NCBI GenBank assembly: GCA_965216875.1
Contig: OZ244207.1
Coordinates: forward strand, 3,744,001-3,808,000
Length of the DNA: 64,000 nt
Direction of reading: 5' to 3'
DNA from: Rubripirellula sp.
Lineage (GTDB): Bacteria; Planctomycetota; Planctomycetia; Pirellulales; Pirellulaceae
Of the stretch, positions 1 to 9,676 are shown one piece after another; positions within the stretch are counted from its first letter, which is position 1, and every line of letters starts with the position of its first letter. Under the pieces are notes generated by a model. It did not search any database. It worked only from the letters and a program-made list of their open reading frames with translations, and was not told where the DNA came from. A program made the position numbers and the translations under genes.

Positions 1-72
1 AGCACCCGAGCTGCCCAGGCTCATATCAACACCCCGCCGACCGCTGCCGATGAGACGACCATTGTCGATCCG

Positions 73-3000
73 ATGATCGGCGATTTTGATCGGTACCGAA
101 TCGAACGCGAAGTCGGACGTGGCGGCATGGGCATCGTTTACCAAGCCTATGACCGAAAACTCGACCGGACAGTTGCGCTCAAAGTCCCCAACGCCGAGAC
201 ACGCACCTCTTCACAACGAGATGATGTTGCCAGGCTGTACGAGGAAGCGCGCGCGGCCGCCAAACTTGTCGAGCACCCTCATATTTGTTCGGTGTTCGAC
301 GTCGGTGAACTCGGCGGCACGCACTTCATTTCAATGGCCTTTATCTCGGGGCCTTCCCTCGCTCAACGCTTGCGACAATCGGGGCCGATCGACCCAACAC
401 AGGCGATCGCCATCACCCAACAAATCGCAGAGGCGTTGCAGGCGGCACATGCCCAAGGTGTCGTGCACCGCGACCTCAAACCCGCCAACATCATGCTCAA
501 CGAGCATGGCGAACCGATCATCACCGATTTTGGGTTGGCCACCCATCTCGACAAAACAACGGACGAAAACGAAGAGACGATCATCGCCGGCACTCCGGCT
601 TACATGTCACCGGAACAGGCGGACGGGTGTCTGGCAACGGAAGTTTCCGACATCTACAGCCTCGGTGTCATCTTTTATGAAATGCTGACCGGTCAACGCC
701 CGAACTTCGGCACGACCAACACGCTGCTTTCACAAGCCAAGCAATCCCCGCGCAAGCTACCCAGCCAACTTTCTTCGGACGCGAGCGCCAAGATCGATGC
801 CGTTTGTGAAAAGATGATCGCCATCCGCCCATCGGATCGATTCCAGTCGATGCGGGATGTCGCCGAAGCAATGGAAAGGATCCGCACGCGCCGAACGGGC
901 CGCATCCTTGCGGCCGCCTCCGCTGCCGGGCTGCTGCTTGCGATCCTCGCCGCGATCACGATCTCCGTCGCGACCAACCACGGCGAAGTGAAGCTCGAAT
1001 TTCACGACAAAAAGATCAACGTTGAAATCGACGATGGTCGCTACACCATCGCCGACGCCGGAAAACCCAAGCGGTTCAAACCGGGCAAACACGAACTCAA
1101 GCTACGGGTTGGCGGTCGCACCCTTCCGCTTGGCAAATCGTTCACCTTTTCCGACCAGCTGCACGACGGCACCTATCGCGCTGTCACGACACTTGACGGT
1201 TTGGTGATCGCCGGCAGCCAATTTGACGTCATTCGCGGAAAAAAACACGTGCTGCGAGTCGAACTCGTTAAGAACGAATCGGCGGTGCCTGCGCCACAAG
1301 CCAAGAGTGATATCGATGTGCATCCACGAAAGGTCGTGCCCACGCCATTGGATCAATTAACAAGAGATTCACTTACCGAGGCGCAGCGGTTTGTCGCTGG
1401 AAATGGAAACCCCGACCTAGCGCCCGCAAACCTTGTCGCAGTGTTTGGTGACAGCCGGTGGATGCATTGGCACCATCTGCACCGCAATGCTCTGGCTTTT
1501 GACGCCGACGGCACTCGAATCGCTTCAGCGAGCTGGGACGGAACGGTCGTGGTTCGCAGTGCGGTAACAGGCGATCCCCTCAGCATCCATCACCAGCATG
1601 CGACGATGCCTTCGTCGATCGCTTGGGGTCCCGACAAGTGGACGTTGTTGGTTGGCAGCGCCGATGGCCGAGTCCATTTGCTCGACCTTCGCGATGACAC
1701 ATGGAAAACCCTCAACATGCAACACCATGATGCCGGCGGGGTGATGGCCGTGAGGTTATCGCCTCAAGGAGACTTTGTCGCCTCCAGCGCAGCGTCGACT
1801 TGCTGTTGGTACTCGCTCACCGAAGACCGACTGCTTTATGAAGTGGGCCATCGCAACATTCGCAACACTGCGATCAGCCCTGACGGAACGGCCATCGCAA
1901 CGTGTGGTGGGGACAACAACGTTCGACTTTGGGACCGCGACACTGGCGAACTGTTGTCAAAGTTCCGAGGCGAAGGCGGTCTCATCAACACCGTCGCGTT
2001 CACCCCGGACGGGTCGAGTCTGGCCGTGGGCCTGTGTAATACCAGTCGCACGAACAATGCACGGGTGCGGCTACTTGCCCGCGGCGGTGATCAATGGACT
2101 CGGTCGCTCGTTTCACCTGGCAGCTTTGTGTGGGCGGTCGACTTTAGCGATGACGGCCGGTACTTGGCCGAAGGGCGTGAGTTTGGCTACGTTCATCTCT
2201 GGGACACCGAGACTTGGGAAATCGCCCACTCATTTGACACGACCAATTTTCCCACAAGGCGCGAAAACGGCAAACGGTCCGTGCAGTTCAGCCCCTCTGG
2301 CAATCATCTCGCATCGGCCGGTGCCGACAACGCGATCCACCTATGGAATGTTCAAGGCGAAGTCGTAGGTGAGCCTGTGTTTGGCCGACTTCATTGCACC
2401 GCCGTCAATCACGACGCCAGCCGAATCGCGATCGCGGGGGCCAAAGGAACGTTTCAAATCTGGTCACTCGGCGATGGCAAAACGAGCCAAGTCATCCGTG
2501 GTCATGACAAACTGATTCGGGCAATGGCTTTTTCACCCGATGACGCTCTCTTGGCCACCGCCGGAGACGACGGCTCGATTCAATTCTGGCACCCCGCCAC
2601 GGGAAAACCACATGAAATTGCCCATCCAATTGACGCGGTTGACCCTGAAGATCCCATTTTCGATTTGGCCTTTGACCCGAACCGTCCGCGCGTGACGGTC
2701 GTGCGTCTGAGCGGCGCCGCGCAATGCTGGGATTACGAAACGGGCGTCGAGCAATTTGCCATTTCAAACAAGCGGCTGACAAACGCCTTGTCCGTCGTCT
2801 ACCGACCCGAAAGCAACGAAATGGTCATGGCGGGAACCTCGATTGCCGCTGGCGAAGCAAAGGGCAACGTCTACTTTTGCAACCCAGATACGGGTGCGAT
2901 TCGATTGACCGTTCCGGCCAACTATCCCGTCAAGGACATCGCCGTCGACTCACAAGGGAAACGGCTCGCGTTTGTTTGCGGACAACATTACCTTCAAGAC

Positions 3001-3306
3001 CAGCTGATCACCTCGGACTACATCAGCCAAGTTGTGATGATGAATGCGGACTCGGGGGCGATTCAGTTCACGGGCGACTATCCAGCCGCTTCGGTCGCAT
3101 TTAGCAACGACGGGCGTTCCTTGGTGATCGCTGGATACGACGGCCGAATCCGCAACTTGGACATCGCTTCGAATCGAGTTGAATCGATGCAGATCGGCCC
3201 TGTTGGCGGGATGATCGCCGATGCCGTTTTCGGCCCGAATGATCGACACGTGATCACAACCAACCGAAACGGAACCGCCTACGTGTTGCGCATCGACGGC
3301 GATTGA
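73..3306 (+). CDS. Membrane Ser/Thr (Hanks-type) protein kinase with C-terminal WD40 repeats; may start upstream of the window
   Basis: GRGGMGIVY, VALK, HRDLKPANI, DFG and GTPAYMSPEQ kinase motifs; hydrophobic helix around aa 279-300; many WD40-like repeats (AFSPD...LATAGDDGSIQFW). The frame is also open from base 1. Confidence 0.92.
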   Translation: MIGDFDRYRIEREVGRGGMGIVYQAYDRKLDRTVALKVPNAETRTSSQRDDVARLYEEARAAAKLVEHPHICSVFDVGELGGTHFISMAFISGPSLAQRLRQSGPIDPTQAIAITQQIAEALQAAHAQGVVHRDLKPANIMLNEHGEPIITDFGLATHLDKTTDENEETIIAGTPAYMSPEQADGCLATEVSDIYSLGVIFYEMLTGQRPNFGTTNTLLSQAKQSPRKLPSQLSSDASAKIDAVCEKMIAIRPSDRFQSMRDVAEAMERIRTRRTGRILAAASAAGLLLAILAAITISVATNHGEVKLEFHDKKINVEIDDGRYTIADAGKPKRFKPGKHELKLRVGGRTLPLGKSFTFSDQLHDGTYRAVTTLDGLVIAGSQFDVIRGKKHVLRVELVKNESAVPAPQAKSDIDVHPRKVVPTPLDQLTRDSLTEAQRFVAGNGNPDLAPANLVAVFGDSRWMHWHHLHRNALAFDADGTRIASASWDGTVVVRSAVTGDPLSIHHQHATMPSSIAWGPDKWTLLVGSADGRVHLLDLRDDTWKTLNMQHHDAGGVMAVRLSPQGDFVASSAASTCCWYSLTEDRLLYEVGHRNIRNTAISPDGTAIATCGGDNNVRLWDRDTGELLSKFRGEGGLINTVAFTPDGSSLAVGLCNTSRTNNARVRLLARGGDQWTRSLVSPGSFVWAVDFSDDGRYLAEGREFGYVHLWDTETWEIAHSFDTTNFPTRRENGKRSVQFSPSGNHLASAGADNAIHLWNVQGEVVGEPVFGRLHCTAVNHDASRIAIAGAKGTFQIWSLGDGKTSQVIRGHDKLIRAMAFSPDDALLATAGDDGSIQFWHPATGKPHEIAHPIDAVDPEDPIFDLAFDPNRPRVTVVRLSGAAQCWDYETGVEQFAISNKRLTNALSVVYRPESNEMVMAGTSIAAGEAKGNVYFCNPDTGAIRLTVPANYPVKDIAVDSQGKRLAFVCGQHYLQDQLITSDYISQVVMMNADSGAIQFTGDYPAASVAFSNDGRSLVIAGYDGRIRNLDIASNRVESMQIGPVGGMIADAVFGPNDRHVITTNRNGTAYVLRIDGD

Positions 3307-3432
3307 CTCGAAAAGCGCAGTCGCGCCGACTCAGCCGATTCGACGTGTCCGACGCTTGGTTTCCGCTTCCATCAAATCGCGGTACAACGTGGCCATCTTT
3401 GCGTTTTGTTGTGCTCTTTTGTGTTGGATGTG

Positions 3433-4395
3433 ATGAATCCTGTTGTGTTGATTACCGGCGGCTTGGGGTGTATCGGAGCCGAGACGACGAAATGGCTGCT
3501 TCAAAACAGTGACGCGAAGGTCGTCGTTTCAACTCGTCGTGTGACAAAGGAAAGAGCCGAGCGAGTATTTGGTCCTGTTGCCCAGCCGAGGTTGTCTTGC
3601 GTCGAAGCTGATATCACGGATGCCGACCGAATGCGCGACGTCTTGAGCGAACATCGCGTCACACATGTGGTTCACTTGGTGGGACTGCAGACTCCCGACT
3701 GCAATGCCAACCGCGACCTTGGCCTACAAGTGAATCTGGCTGGCACTCAAAACTTGATCGAATCCATCAAGGAGTTGAATCTGGGTCTTGAACGATTCCT
3801 CTTTGCCAGTTCGATGGCCGTTTACGGCCCGCGGGCAAGTTATCCAGCGGGACGAGTCGCCATGTCGGCGCCGCCCAATCCCGTCAATGTTTATGGTGTT
3901 TGGAAACAAGCGGCTGAGCACGTCTGTCGTTTTTTCTGCGACGACACGGGCGTGCCAACACTATGTGTTCGCCCTGGAGTCCTCTACGGTCCCGGTCGTG
4001 ATGCCGGGCTGACTGCGGCGCCCACCACCGCAATGAAACATCTTGCTAAGGGTTTGCCCTACGAAATCCCCTTCACAACTAGCCAAGACTATTTGTACGC
4101 GCCCGACGTTGGCGCTGCGGTGGGTGGTGCTTTGCTGGAACCCTTTTCTGGCTACGGAGCCTTCACGTTGCCGAGTCATACCGCTGATTCGGTGCGTTTC
4201 GTCGATGCCATGCGATCATCCGCTGTCGCACTCGGGATTGAGGACCAGTTTGCGATCACCATCGGAAACGCCGAAGTTCCCTTCATGCATGACATCGATT
4301 TCCAACCCTTCCTCGATGCGTTCCCCAAGACGCCACACACACCACTCGAGCAGGGTGTGTTGGAATCGATTCGCACATTCCAATCCCAGCTCTGA
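3433..4395 (+). CDS. NAD-dependent epimerase/dehydratase (extended SDR)
   Basis: TGGLGCIG Rossmann motif, SSMAVYG, YxxxK (YGVWK). Confidence 0.88.
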   Translation: MNPVVLITGGLGCIGAETTKWLLQNSDAKVVVSTRRVTKERAERVFGPVAQPRLSCVEADITDADRMRDVLSEHRVTHVVHLVGLQTPDCNANRDLGLQVNLAGTQNLIESIKELNLGLERFLFASSMAVYGPRASYPAGRVAMSAPPNPVNVYGVWKQAAEHVCRFFCDDTGVPTLCVRPGVLYGPGRDAGLTAAPTTAMKHLAKGLPYEIPFTTSQDYLYAPDVGAAVGGALLEPFSGYGAFTLPSHTADSVRFVDAMRSSAVALGIEDQFAITIGNAEVPFMHDIDFQPFLDAFPKTPHTPLEQGVLESIRTFQSQL

Positions 4396-4647
4396 ATCGG
4401 CTCTGAAACGGTGCAGCCTGTAATCGTTGTAACTGGAACAACCTGCTGTGGGAAACCACAAGGGTGTGGTTAGTTGGCGCAATCTCATCACACTTTTGCG
4501 GGGTGCGTTCAGATCGGACCCTATGGTTTGCTCGGACCGAAATCTGTTGTCAGGTTTCAACGTCCCAACAGAAACCGGGGGCACTCTCTGGGCAACCAAA
4601 GACGCGGCACGCTTCGCATCTTTTCTTTGCCGTTAGGGCACCTGCTG

Positions 4648-4663
4648 TGGCACAGCCATCGCA
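4648..4663 (+). promoter_or_regulatory. Putative sigma-54 (-24/-12) promoter upstream of the response regulator/kinase pair
   Basis: TGGCACAGCCATCGCA: GG-N10-GC spacing, about 120 nt before the ATG at 4785. Confidence 0.5.
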
Positions 4664-4784
4664 TCTCGGTTCACCAACAATGTGGTTGATGAATTACCAA
4701 CATCACCTTTAGGGGCAAGTCGCGAGCTTGACGCGGTTTTGGGCAAATGGAAGCCACGCCGAGACAAACCGACTTGGGGCAAAC

Positions 4785-5171
4785 ATGCTACGAGTACTAA
4801 TTGTAGACGACAGCAAATTCATGGCCCGCGGTATGAAATCCGTAGTCGAAGGCCTTGGATTCGAAGTCGTGGATCTAGGGCACGATGGTCAGGAGGGTTT
4901 CGACAAATACCTCCAATACAAGCCCGACGTAACGCTCTTGGACATCACAATGCCTAATGTCTGTGGCATTGAGTGTTTGACGCGAATCATGGAGGCCGAT
5001 GGCGATGCAAGCGTCGTCATGCTTTCGGCAGTTCAAGATCAAGACACCGTTTCACGCTGCCTCGAAATTGGAGCGCGGAGCTTTCTCGCTAAACCGATAC
5101 GCAAGAACGAGCCAGAAGATCTGCAGAAGCTGAAAGAGACAATCGAAAACGCATCGAAAAGCCTAGCGTGA
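4785..5171 (+). CDS. Single-domain CheY-like response regulator
   Basis: LIVDDS, LLDITMP (phospho-Asp), MLSA and FLAKP receiver motifs. Confidence 0.9.
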   Translation: MLRVLIVDDSKFMARGMKSVVEGLGFEVVDLGHDGQEGFDKYLQYKPDVTLLDITMPNVCGIECLTRIMEADGDASVVMLSAVQDQDTVSRCLEIGARSFLAKPIRKNEPEDLQKLKETIENASKSLA

Positions 5172-5177
5172 GCCGCA

Positions 5178-6626
5178 ATGGAAGAGATGATCGAGTATTC
5201 TCGCAAGTTCACTGAAGTCGCTACGAAGAACTTGCAACTTTTTGACATCGAAAGCGATGTCGTCTTGCCCCCGAGCGAAATCAAAGGGGTCGAAACCTCA
5301 CGCGATTTCATCGTCACCGTTCTGTTCACAGGCACGGTCTACGGCGAGTACCTGCTGGCGTTGGATGAAATCACTGCAGCGAGGATCATTGGCCACGAAG
5401 ATGAAATCAACGATGAGAATCGCCAGGAAGTTCGCGACGACATCTGCGACGCACTAAAGGAAATCCTGAACACGATCGTGGGTGAATCGATCGTCGGCGT
5501 CCAAGAACTCCACCCCAAACTGACATTGACCGCACCACGGGTCTGCTTTGGCGAAATCCGTTACCCCGCCTTTCGTACGGCCAAAAGCGTGTTGCGCACC
5601 GACGCGGGCGAGATCGAGTGTTTCTTTTGCCTCGACCTGATGCGATTGACGCTTGCCGATTCCTACGCCCAAGCAATGCAGTCGCTCGAAGATGCCAACC
5701 GACAATTGGAATCCGCCAACGGTCAGCTTCGAGAAGAAATTGACGAACACATTCGCACGCAAAAAGAACGCGACGAATGCCACGATGAACTGGTCGCCGC
5801 GTCACGTCTGGCCGGCATGGCGGAAGTCGCCACCAGTGTGCTGCACAACGTCGGCAATGCACTCAATAGCGTCAACGTTTCAGCCAACCTGATCCGTGAT
5901 CGCATGAGCCGAAGCCCGGTCGAAAACCTTCAAAAGGCTTCCGACATCATCGAACAGAACCAATCCGACCTGGCCCAGTTTCTCGAGAGCGACCAACGGG
6001 GCAAACACTTCCCTGGCTTCTTGAAAAGCATTTCGCACAAGCTCACGAGCGAACGCGATGCTCAGCTTGAGGAAGTGCACGCAATGGCCAAGAACATTGA
6101 CCACATCAAGGAAATCGTCTCCGCCCAACAGCGTTTTGCCCGCAAGGGTGGCGTGGTCGAGACGGTCAACCTGATCGAATTGTTCGAAGACGCGTTGAGC
6201 ATCAGCGACATCAATTTTGAACGTCACGGTATCGAATTGACCAAGGAATTCGAAGACCTGCCGGTGCTGGAAGCGAAAAAACACGACATCCTTCAAATCT
6301 TGATCAACCTGATTCGCAACGCTCGCGACGCCGTCGACCGAAGCAATGCACAGCAGAAACAGATTCGCCTGATCGCAAAGATCGAGGGGGATGAAATCGT
6401 CTTGGCGGTCACCGACAACGGGATTGGTATCTCCGCCGAGGATGAAGCCAAGATCTTCCAGCACGGGTTCACGACCAAAGAAAGCGGTCATGGATTTGGG
6501 CTGCATTCCTGCGCCAATTCGGCGACAGAAATGAATGGTCGAATGTCGTTCTCCAGCGAAGGTGCGGGCAAGGGTGCAACGTTCACGCTGACCCTTCCCA
6601 TCCAAGCCGCATCCATTGCCTGTTAG
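5178..6626 (+). CDS. Cytoplasmic histidine kinase with N-terminal CheX/CheC-like domain
   Basis: N-terminus has D-x3-E-x2-N-x3-G (DALKEILNTIVG); H-box LHNVGNAL, N-box NLIRNARDA, DNGIGI, FTTK, GHGFGL; no TM helix. Confidence 0.85.
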   Translation: MEEMIEYSRKFTEVATKNLQLFDIESDVVLPPSEIKGVETSRDFIVTVLFTGTVYGEYLLALDEITAARIIGHEDEINDENRQEVRDDICDALKEILNTIVGESIVGVQELHPKLTLTAPRVCFGEIRYPAFRTAKSVLRTDAGEIECFFCLDLMRLTLADSYAQAMQSLEDANRQLESANGQLREEIDEHIRTQKERDECHDELVAASRLAGMAEVATSVLHNVGNALNSVNVSANLIRDRMSRSPVENLQKASDIIEQNQSDLAQFLESDQRGKHFPGFLKSISHKLTSERDAQLEEVHAMAKNIDHIKEIVSAQQRFARKGGVVETVNLIELFEDALSISDINFERHGIELTKEFEDLPVLEAKKHDILQILINLIRNARDAVDRSNAQQKQIRLIAKIEGDEIVLAVTDNGIGISAEDEAKIFQHGFTTKESGHGFGLHSCANSATEMNGRMSFSSEGAGKGATFTLTLPIQAASIAC

Positions 6627-6652
6627 CGCTGCGGATTGCGATTCTTGGTGCC

Positions 6653-6746
6653 CGTGAGCCGCTGGCCGTCAGGACTCGGGCCCTTTCCGACGCGCAACGG
6701 GTGTGAAGGCGATGAAGGCCCGGCCGCTAACGCGATCGCGGCTCAG
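6653..6746. repeat. REP-like palindromic repeat (family D: GTGAGCCG...GGCCCGGCCGCTwACGCG...CGGCTCAC)
   Basis: Near-identical copy at 7673-7765; partial copies near 12731, 23032, 23157, 23280, 27500, 31378, 49410 and 49521. Confidence 0.75.
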
Positions 6747-6800
6747 TTGTGGGTGGAAACGCAACTGCAACCCGTACTCGCGCCCAGCCAACTCACACCG

Positions 6801-7229
6801 CTAGGCGTGAATCTCATGGACCGTTGCGAGTTCTTCTTCGTCAACGATCCAACCACGGCACGATTCGGTCTTGCACAGACAGGGGATCGCGGCGTCGGCA
6901 GGCCATGCGTAATCGATGGTCAATTCATCGCCCGCGGCGATCGGGGCGATCGCGTGCAGCCAAAGCTCGGGTGTTTCCGTTTCGGTCCCCCAAACGATCA
7001 GCTCGCAGTTGGGCTCGCAGCTGTGGTTTAAGAAGCGGAACGGCTCGCCGGGGACGAGTGTTTTGGCGTTCCCCAGATCGATGCAGTAGTCCGACTGGTA
7101 ATCTTCGCCATGAACGACCTCGCCGTTGATCTGCGAGATCTCATCTTCAGGCTCAAAGTCTTGCGCGGCAAAAACCGCTTGGCCAACATGGGTTTGGCGA
7201 ATGGTAACGATGTCGTTCAAGGATGGCAT
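6801..7229 (-). CDS. SET-domain protein (putative lysine methyltransferase) with post-SET Cys motif
   Basis: RFLNHSCEPNC, ELTIDY and CLCKTESCRG motifs. Confidence 0.9.
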   Translation of the reverse strand: MPSLNDIVTIRQTHVGQAVFAAQDFEPEDEISQINGEVVHGEDYQSDYCIDLGNAKTLVPGEPFRFLNHSCEPNCELIVWGTETETPELWLHAIAPIAAGDELTIDYAWPADAAIPCLCKTESCRGWIVDEEELATVHEIHA

Positions 7230-7469
7230 TCTGACCGGAATTCCATTTACGGACGGTGACAACAGGTTGGTAATTAACAGGACAAGACGATAGCGCCATC
7301 CCTCGATCTTGTCGAGGACTTTTCCACGCAAACTGACTCGCCACAAACTCAAAAGAAAATCGCGTCCGCAAGAACCGGTTTACAGGCACGATCGGCTCCG
7401 CTGTTTCTTCACTAGCGCCTCGCTTGGAGAGCCCCTGATGGAAGAGCAACGCGCGCGTCACTCACACTC

Positions 7470-7533
7470 GTTCGTAGTACCGAGCCATAGCCGGATTCTT
7501 CAGTCTCATCCGCCCAAGGGCGGGACTGCAAAC
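7470..7533. repeat. REP-like element, family A (GTAGTACCGAGCTTTAGCCGG...CCGCCyAArGGCGGGACTAC)
   Basis: Same element recurs near 12647, 12834, 19011, 21552, 23070, 23195, 32686, 32844, 45345 and 51746, all intergenic. Confidence 0.8.
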
Positions 7534-7672
7534 TGGGACACCAGTACGCGATTCAATCGATCGTCTTCATGAATGGGAAGACGGCAGAAGGAGATGGAGC
7601 CTACTGCAAACCGAGAAGATGCATCGGCTGCGTTCCAGAGATTCCACAGCAAGAGTTGTTTGGGCGGAGCCC

Positions 7673-7765
7673 GTGAGCCGCTGGCCGTCAGGCCTCGGGC
7701 CCTTGCCGACGCGCAGCTTGGGTGAAGGCGAGTAAGGCCCGGCCGCTTACGCGATCGCGGATCAG
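7673..7765. repeat. REP-like repeat, family D copy
   Basis: Aligns with 6653-6746. Confidence 0.75.
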
Positions 7766-7896
7766 CTGTGTGAACTTGGACAAGGATTTCTGCTGGTGGA
7801 AGCGCAATTGCAAACCGTAGCACCACCGAACGGCGTGAAAAAGCGGCTTCACGCAAAGAAGATTGATTGAGCACTGAAAACACGAGGTTTTCAAAG

Positions 7897-7969
7897 TGCC
7901 CCCGCAAGGGCTCGAACCTTGGACCCACGGATTAAGAGTCCGTTGCTCTACCAACTGAGCTACAGGGGC
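7897..7969 (-). tRNA. tRNA-Lys, anticodon CTT (73 nt, CCA not encoded)
   Basis: Reverse complement GCCCCTGTAGCTCAGTTGGTAGAGCAACGGACTCTTAATCCGTGGGTCCAAGGTTCGAGCCCTTGCGGGGGCA forms a cloverleaf; anticodon arm ACGGA-CT CTT AA-TCCGT; GTTCGA T-loop. Confidence 0.96.
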
Positions 7970-8191
7970 TTGTGTCTGTATTTGACACGGCAGGATTGTA
8001 GCAGGTTCGTTTGCCGTGGGAAGAGCCTTGTTGGTAGCGAATATTCGCCTCGAAAAGGGCACAAAAACGAATCAGCTCAATGACTCCCGCACACTGCCCC
8101 AGCCCAACACTCGCAGGTCATGCTCGGCATTGCCGCTACAGCTTGCCACGCTTTGCATGACCTACGAATCAGACAACCAAACCCAAAGGGC

Positions 8192-9676
8192 CTATTCAAT
8201 CAGTTCCTTGCCGGCGAAGGTCAGGTACGCCTTTAGCTTGGCATTGTCGAGGTCCTTTCGGGCAAACGTCAGCACGGAGCCATCGAGCATGAGAGCCATG
8301 ACGATGTCGCGGTCACCAAAGACGCTCGACATCGGATCGTCTTCGTCCAGAACCCAAGGTTCGGGGTTGGCCCACGCCACGGCGGCATCAGCGGGAGCGT
8401 AGATCGCCGCAATCGTGTTGGAGGTCCCATCGATCACGTCACGGAACTTGCGTGGGGGACCATCACCATGCCAAAGCGACCCGGGAAAAACGGGAGCGCG
8501 GAAACGTGTCATCACCGTTCCATTACCTGCATCCAACTGTGGGATGACCGTTTCGACGGGCGTCTTGTTCGCTGCATCGTTCCATGGCTTGTCGAGCTGA
8601 ATCGACTTGTGCAGCGCCGCTTGTTCCATGTAGGGCAACACGGTGACGCGCCAACTGTGCAACGCACGACCTTCGCGGTCGGTCAAACAACGCGGGGGCA
8701 GGTGATCGTTGGTGGCATAGTAGTTGTGCATCGCCAACCCCAATTGCTTGAGGTTGTTGATCACGACCATTCGGTCGGCCGATGCGCGAGCGGGTGCCGA
8801 GAGGTCCTTGGCGAGCTGGCCGATGGTCTCGGGGGCAGCCGACAAGGTGATTGTCGTGGCCGACACAACCACATCGACACTCTTGGCAACTTCCGGCGAA
8901 TTGGCGATGGCGCGGTCAACGACGACCTTGACCCGCTCGGTCGCCTCGGCGTCGGCGGTGTCGATGCTGATACGCACCTGCGGTTCTGGGGGCAGGTTGA
9001 CCGAAACCACGATGCGGTCGATGTCTCGAACCATCTCTTTCGGCGACAGCTGAATCGGTGCGCGATCATCAAGACGATCGGGCCACATCAGCGCCAACTC
9101 TTCGCGTGCCTCTTTGGGCAGTGCGATCACCATCGTGTGATCGAGCCGATCCTGGGCAGAAAGAGGACCGGTCAGATCGGCGCGGTCGACTCCCTTACCG
9201 TCGACCACGCGATCGACCGCCGCGCCGGCCCCACCCACCAGCACGTTGTCACCAGTGTGGACTTTCAAGTCCTTGCGCCCTGAGCCGTTCAGCAGCATTG
9301 CGGCGAGACCTTGCACCATGCTGGTGTTCTCGCAAGGAACAACAAACAGGGGACCACCGTCGGTCACCGACTGCGTCGCGCCGGTCATGTAGACATGTGA
9401 CACGCCAGCGGCCTTGAGCGAGTCAATCAAGCCCTTGCCCATGATCGCTTGCTGTTTCGCGACATCCTTGTTGCCTGCTGGGGACAACTCCAGAGTCCAC
9501 TTTGCGAGTGCTTCAACGTCGATCTTTGTGATATCGATGTCGATGACCCCAAGTGTGCCCGATTCGATGTAGGGCGAAATCCCGTCGCTTTGTTGTGCTT
9601 GTAGTTGTTGTGCATTTCCGTTGACACCGATGGCCAACAAGGCTGCAACCAGAAGTGGAAAACATCGAAGTTTCAT
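8192..9676 (-). CDS. Exported protein with C-terminal DUF1559 domain
   Basis: Signal peptide MKLRCFPLLVAALLAIG; NNLKQLGLAMHNY, HSWRVTVLPYMEQ and DVIDGTSNTI motifs; ATG overlaps the upstream stop (TGATG). Confidence 0.85.
   Translation of the reverse strand: MKLRCFPLLVAALLAIGVNGNAQQLQAQQSDGISPYIESGTLGVIDIDITKIDVEALAKWTLELSPAGNKDVAKQQAIMGKGLIDSLKAAGVSHVYMTGATQSVTDGGPLFVVPCENTSMVQGLAAMLLNGSGRKDLKVHTGDNVLVGGAGAAVDRVVDGKGVDRADLTGPLSAQDRLDHTMVIALPKEAREELALMWPDRLDDRAPIQLSPKEMVRDIDRIVVSVNLPPEPQVRISIDTADAEATERVKVVVDRAIANSPEVAKSVDVVVSATTITLSAAPETIGQLAKDLSAPARASADRMVVINNLKQLGLAMHNYYATNDHLPPRCLTDREGRALHSWRVTVLPYMEQAALHKSIQLDKPWNDAANKTPVETVIPQLDAGNGTVMTRFRAPVFPGSLWHGDGPPRKFRDVIDGTSNTIAAIYAPADAAVAWANPEPWVLDEDDPMSSVFGDRDIVMALMLDGSVLTFARKDLDNAKLKAYLTFAGKELIE

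Noticed and set aside
5169..5180. Response regulator TGA is in frame with the downstream kinase ATG (also TsaC-YwlE TGA 47685-87 with rpiB)
   Set aside because: In-frame spacing occurs one time in three by chance; there is no Cys context, both domains are complete, and the downstream genes have their own ATG and SD-like sites.
7897..7969. tRNA-Lys as an integration site for a genomic island
   Set aside because: No integrase and no duplicated tRNA 3' end were seen in the window.
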